The notes beneath the pieces were generated by a model, which did not search any database, was not told where the DNA came from, and saw only the letters and a program-made list of their open reading frames with translations. A DNA stretch of 64,000 nt from the NCBI RefSeq assembly GCF_009914755.1, contig NC_060929.1; one strand, given 5' to 3'. Made by a program: the position numbers and the translations under genes. Below are positions 61,523 through 64,000 of the stretch, piece after piece. The stretch's first letter is position 1, and the number at the start of each line of letters is the position of its first letter. The DNA comes from the human T2T-CHM13v2.0 reference genome, Homo sapiens.

Positions 61523-61692
61523 AATAGCAATAGATGGAAAATGTAATGGAAAAGAATTCACAACAGAACCTAAATAATAAATATAGAAGATCTTTACAAG
61601 GAAAAATGTAAACTTTATGAGATGTAGAAGAAATCCAAAATTAAGAACATTATTGGTTATAGACGATAAATTTCAGTATTTTAACATGCCAA

Positions 61693-62364
<672 letters not shown>

Positions 62365-63512
62365 CTAGCTAATTCAAGAATTCATAAGTAAGGCTAGAAG
62401 TGTATGCGTGTATGCATAGCTTAGACAATTTTAGGAGGAAAAAATGGGAGAAACTTGCCCTGGCAGATATCAAAGCATGTGTTTAATATTGTTTAAAATG
62501 TCATATTGATGCATGAATAAACAGACAAAATTAATGAAACACAATGAAGACTTCAGAAAAAGGTTTCCACATACATAGGAATTTAATATCTAATAAAGGT
62601 TGAAATTTATCAGTGGTGAAAGGCTGGACTACTCAAGAAATAGTATTGGGAGAATTGGCCATGCATTTAGAGAAAAAAAGGTTGGTCTCTAACTCACACT
62701 TAATAAAAATCAATTGCATATGGATTATATATCTCAGTAAGATTATAAAAGTATTATATAAAAACATAGGAGACTGTGTTTATGACTCTGGGGCAGAAAA
62801 GCCTGAATTAAGGAAAGTTGCAAGGGAAGAGATTTGCATAACCATGTCTAAATTTAAACCTTCTGTAAAAACCTAAAGGCATAAGCAAACTTAAAATATA
62901 AGTATTAAAAAAAGTGCAAACTAGAAATAAATATAACATATAACAAAAAATTTTAATTTGGATATATATAAGAATAAGACAACTCAGCAGAAAAATGAAC
63001 AGACAAGGTGAACTGTCAAGTCACAGAAGAGAAAATATAAATGATCAGTAAACAAAGAAATAAATTTTATTCTCCCTAGTCATGTACAGACATGTAAATT
63101 AAAGTAAGATGTAACTTCTCACCATATAACTGGCAAAGCATTAAAAAATGTTGGTAATACTAATCAAGAATGTGGAGAAATGGTACTTTCCTACTAAAAC
63201 TGGAATAAATTACTTCAGCTTCTCTGAAAAGCAACTTGGCAGTAACTCAAAATAGTAACTATTCTCAGTGACCCAGTGATTCCATTTCTCAGTATCTATC
63301 CTATGGAAATACACAAATATGTATTTGAGGTGGCATGCACAAAGATTTTTTTCTGTATAGTTTGTAGTTGAAAAAAAGTGGACAATAACCTGAACATTTA
63401 CCAATACATAATATAGCAAAGTTTAGAATGTGTTCAATAGCATTGCATTTATGAAAATATAAAGACCTCAAAAACTATATTATATGTTTGTACAGGTACT
63501 TACATACACAAG

Positions 63513-64000
63513 TGTTGGGGCTCAGAAACTGATGCCCCAAAGTATGGTGCTTCGGCATGCTGAGTGCTTTTCACTAAAGGAAAATCAAGGTCTGTCTCCC
63601 CTCCTTCCCTCCCGAAGCGCCAGAGTATGGCTTTCTCTGAAGTTGCTCTAGAAGGAATACAATTGTGAGTCCCTCCCTATAATCTCATTGAACAGGGAAG
63701 ATTAACTCACAGGAAAGGAGCCTAAACACAGGCCTAAAGTATTCTTTCGAAGACTGCTACCTGGAAGACTATCTGCATTACAAGAAAACCTCTGCCAGAC
63801 ATTTTCAACCTTAACCTTCCATAATTTGATGCCACCTCCCCGCCCCTGGAAACCCCAAACTACTATTTCTTTCTGTAGCCCAAAATGCTATTTAAGCTTC
63901 AGCCATCTGGTCCTTCTTTGAGTCTCATAGTTTGTGGGACTCCCATGCATATGCACATAATCAATCTGTACGCCTTTTCTCCTGTTGATCTGTCTACTGT
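63513..64000 (+). mobile_element. ERV LTR (MER39/MER34-like), truncated by the window end
   Basis: Starts tgttggggctcagaaactgatgccccaaagtatgg; near the end ttttctcctgttgatctgtct. Confidence 0.7.

Overview
This is primate (human-like) genomic DNA, recognisable from the encoded proteins as the DROSHA / C5orf22 head-to-head gene pair. On the minus strand lies the 5' part of DROSHA: three non-coding exons, then seven coding exons giving 1587 nt (codons 1-529; Pro-rich and RS-rich domains and the start of the central domain). The gene runs off the left edge. On the plus strand lies the complete 9-exon C5orf22 CDS (1329 nt, 442 aa plus stop, UPF0489 family) with a ~1.9 kb 3' UTR. The two genes share a CpG-rich, CCAAT-box bidirectional promoter at ~25.7-26.2 kb. 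The rest is dense in Alu, L1, L2, MIR, DNA transposons and MaLR/ERV LTRs, including two full THE1 elements. All splice junctions were read by hand and keep frame. Exon numbers are counted within this window, and repeat family names come from my recollection of consensus sequences, so their boundaries are approximate. I found no foreign, prokaryotic or CRISPR-like system. The most interesting signals are: an arginase-like metal-ligand set in C5orf22; two consecutive homologous L2-derived DROSHA exons that supply uORFs and the start codon; a second 22-bp hairpin in the DROSHA pre-mRNA besides the known exon-7 MER5A hairpin; a total absence of CAG acceptors in DROSHA here; and repeated template-switch palindromes in Alus.
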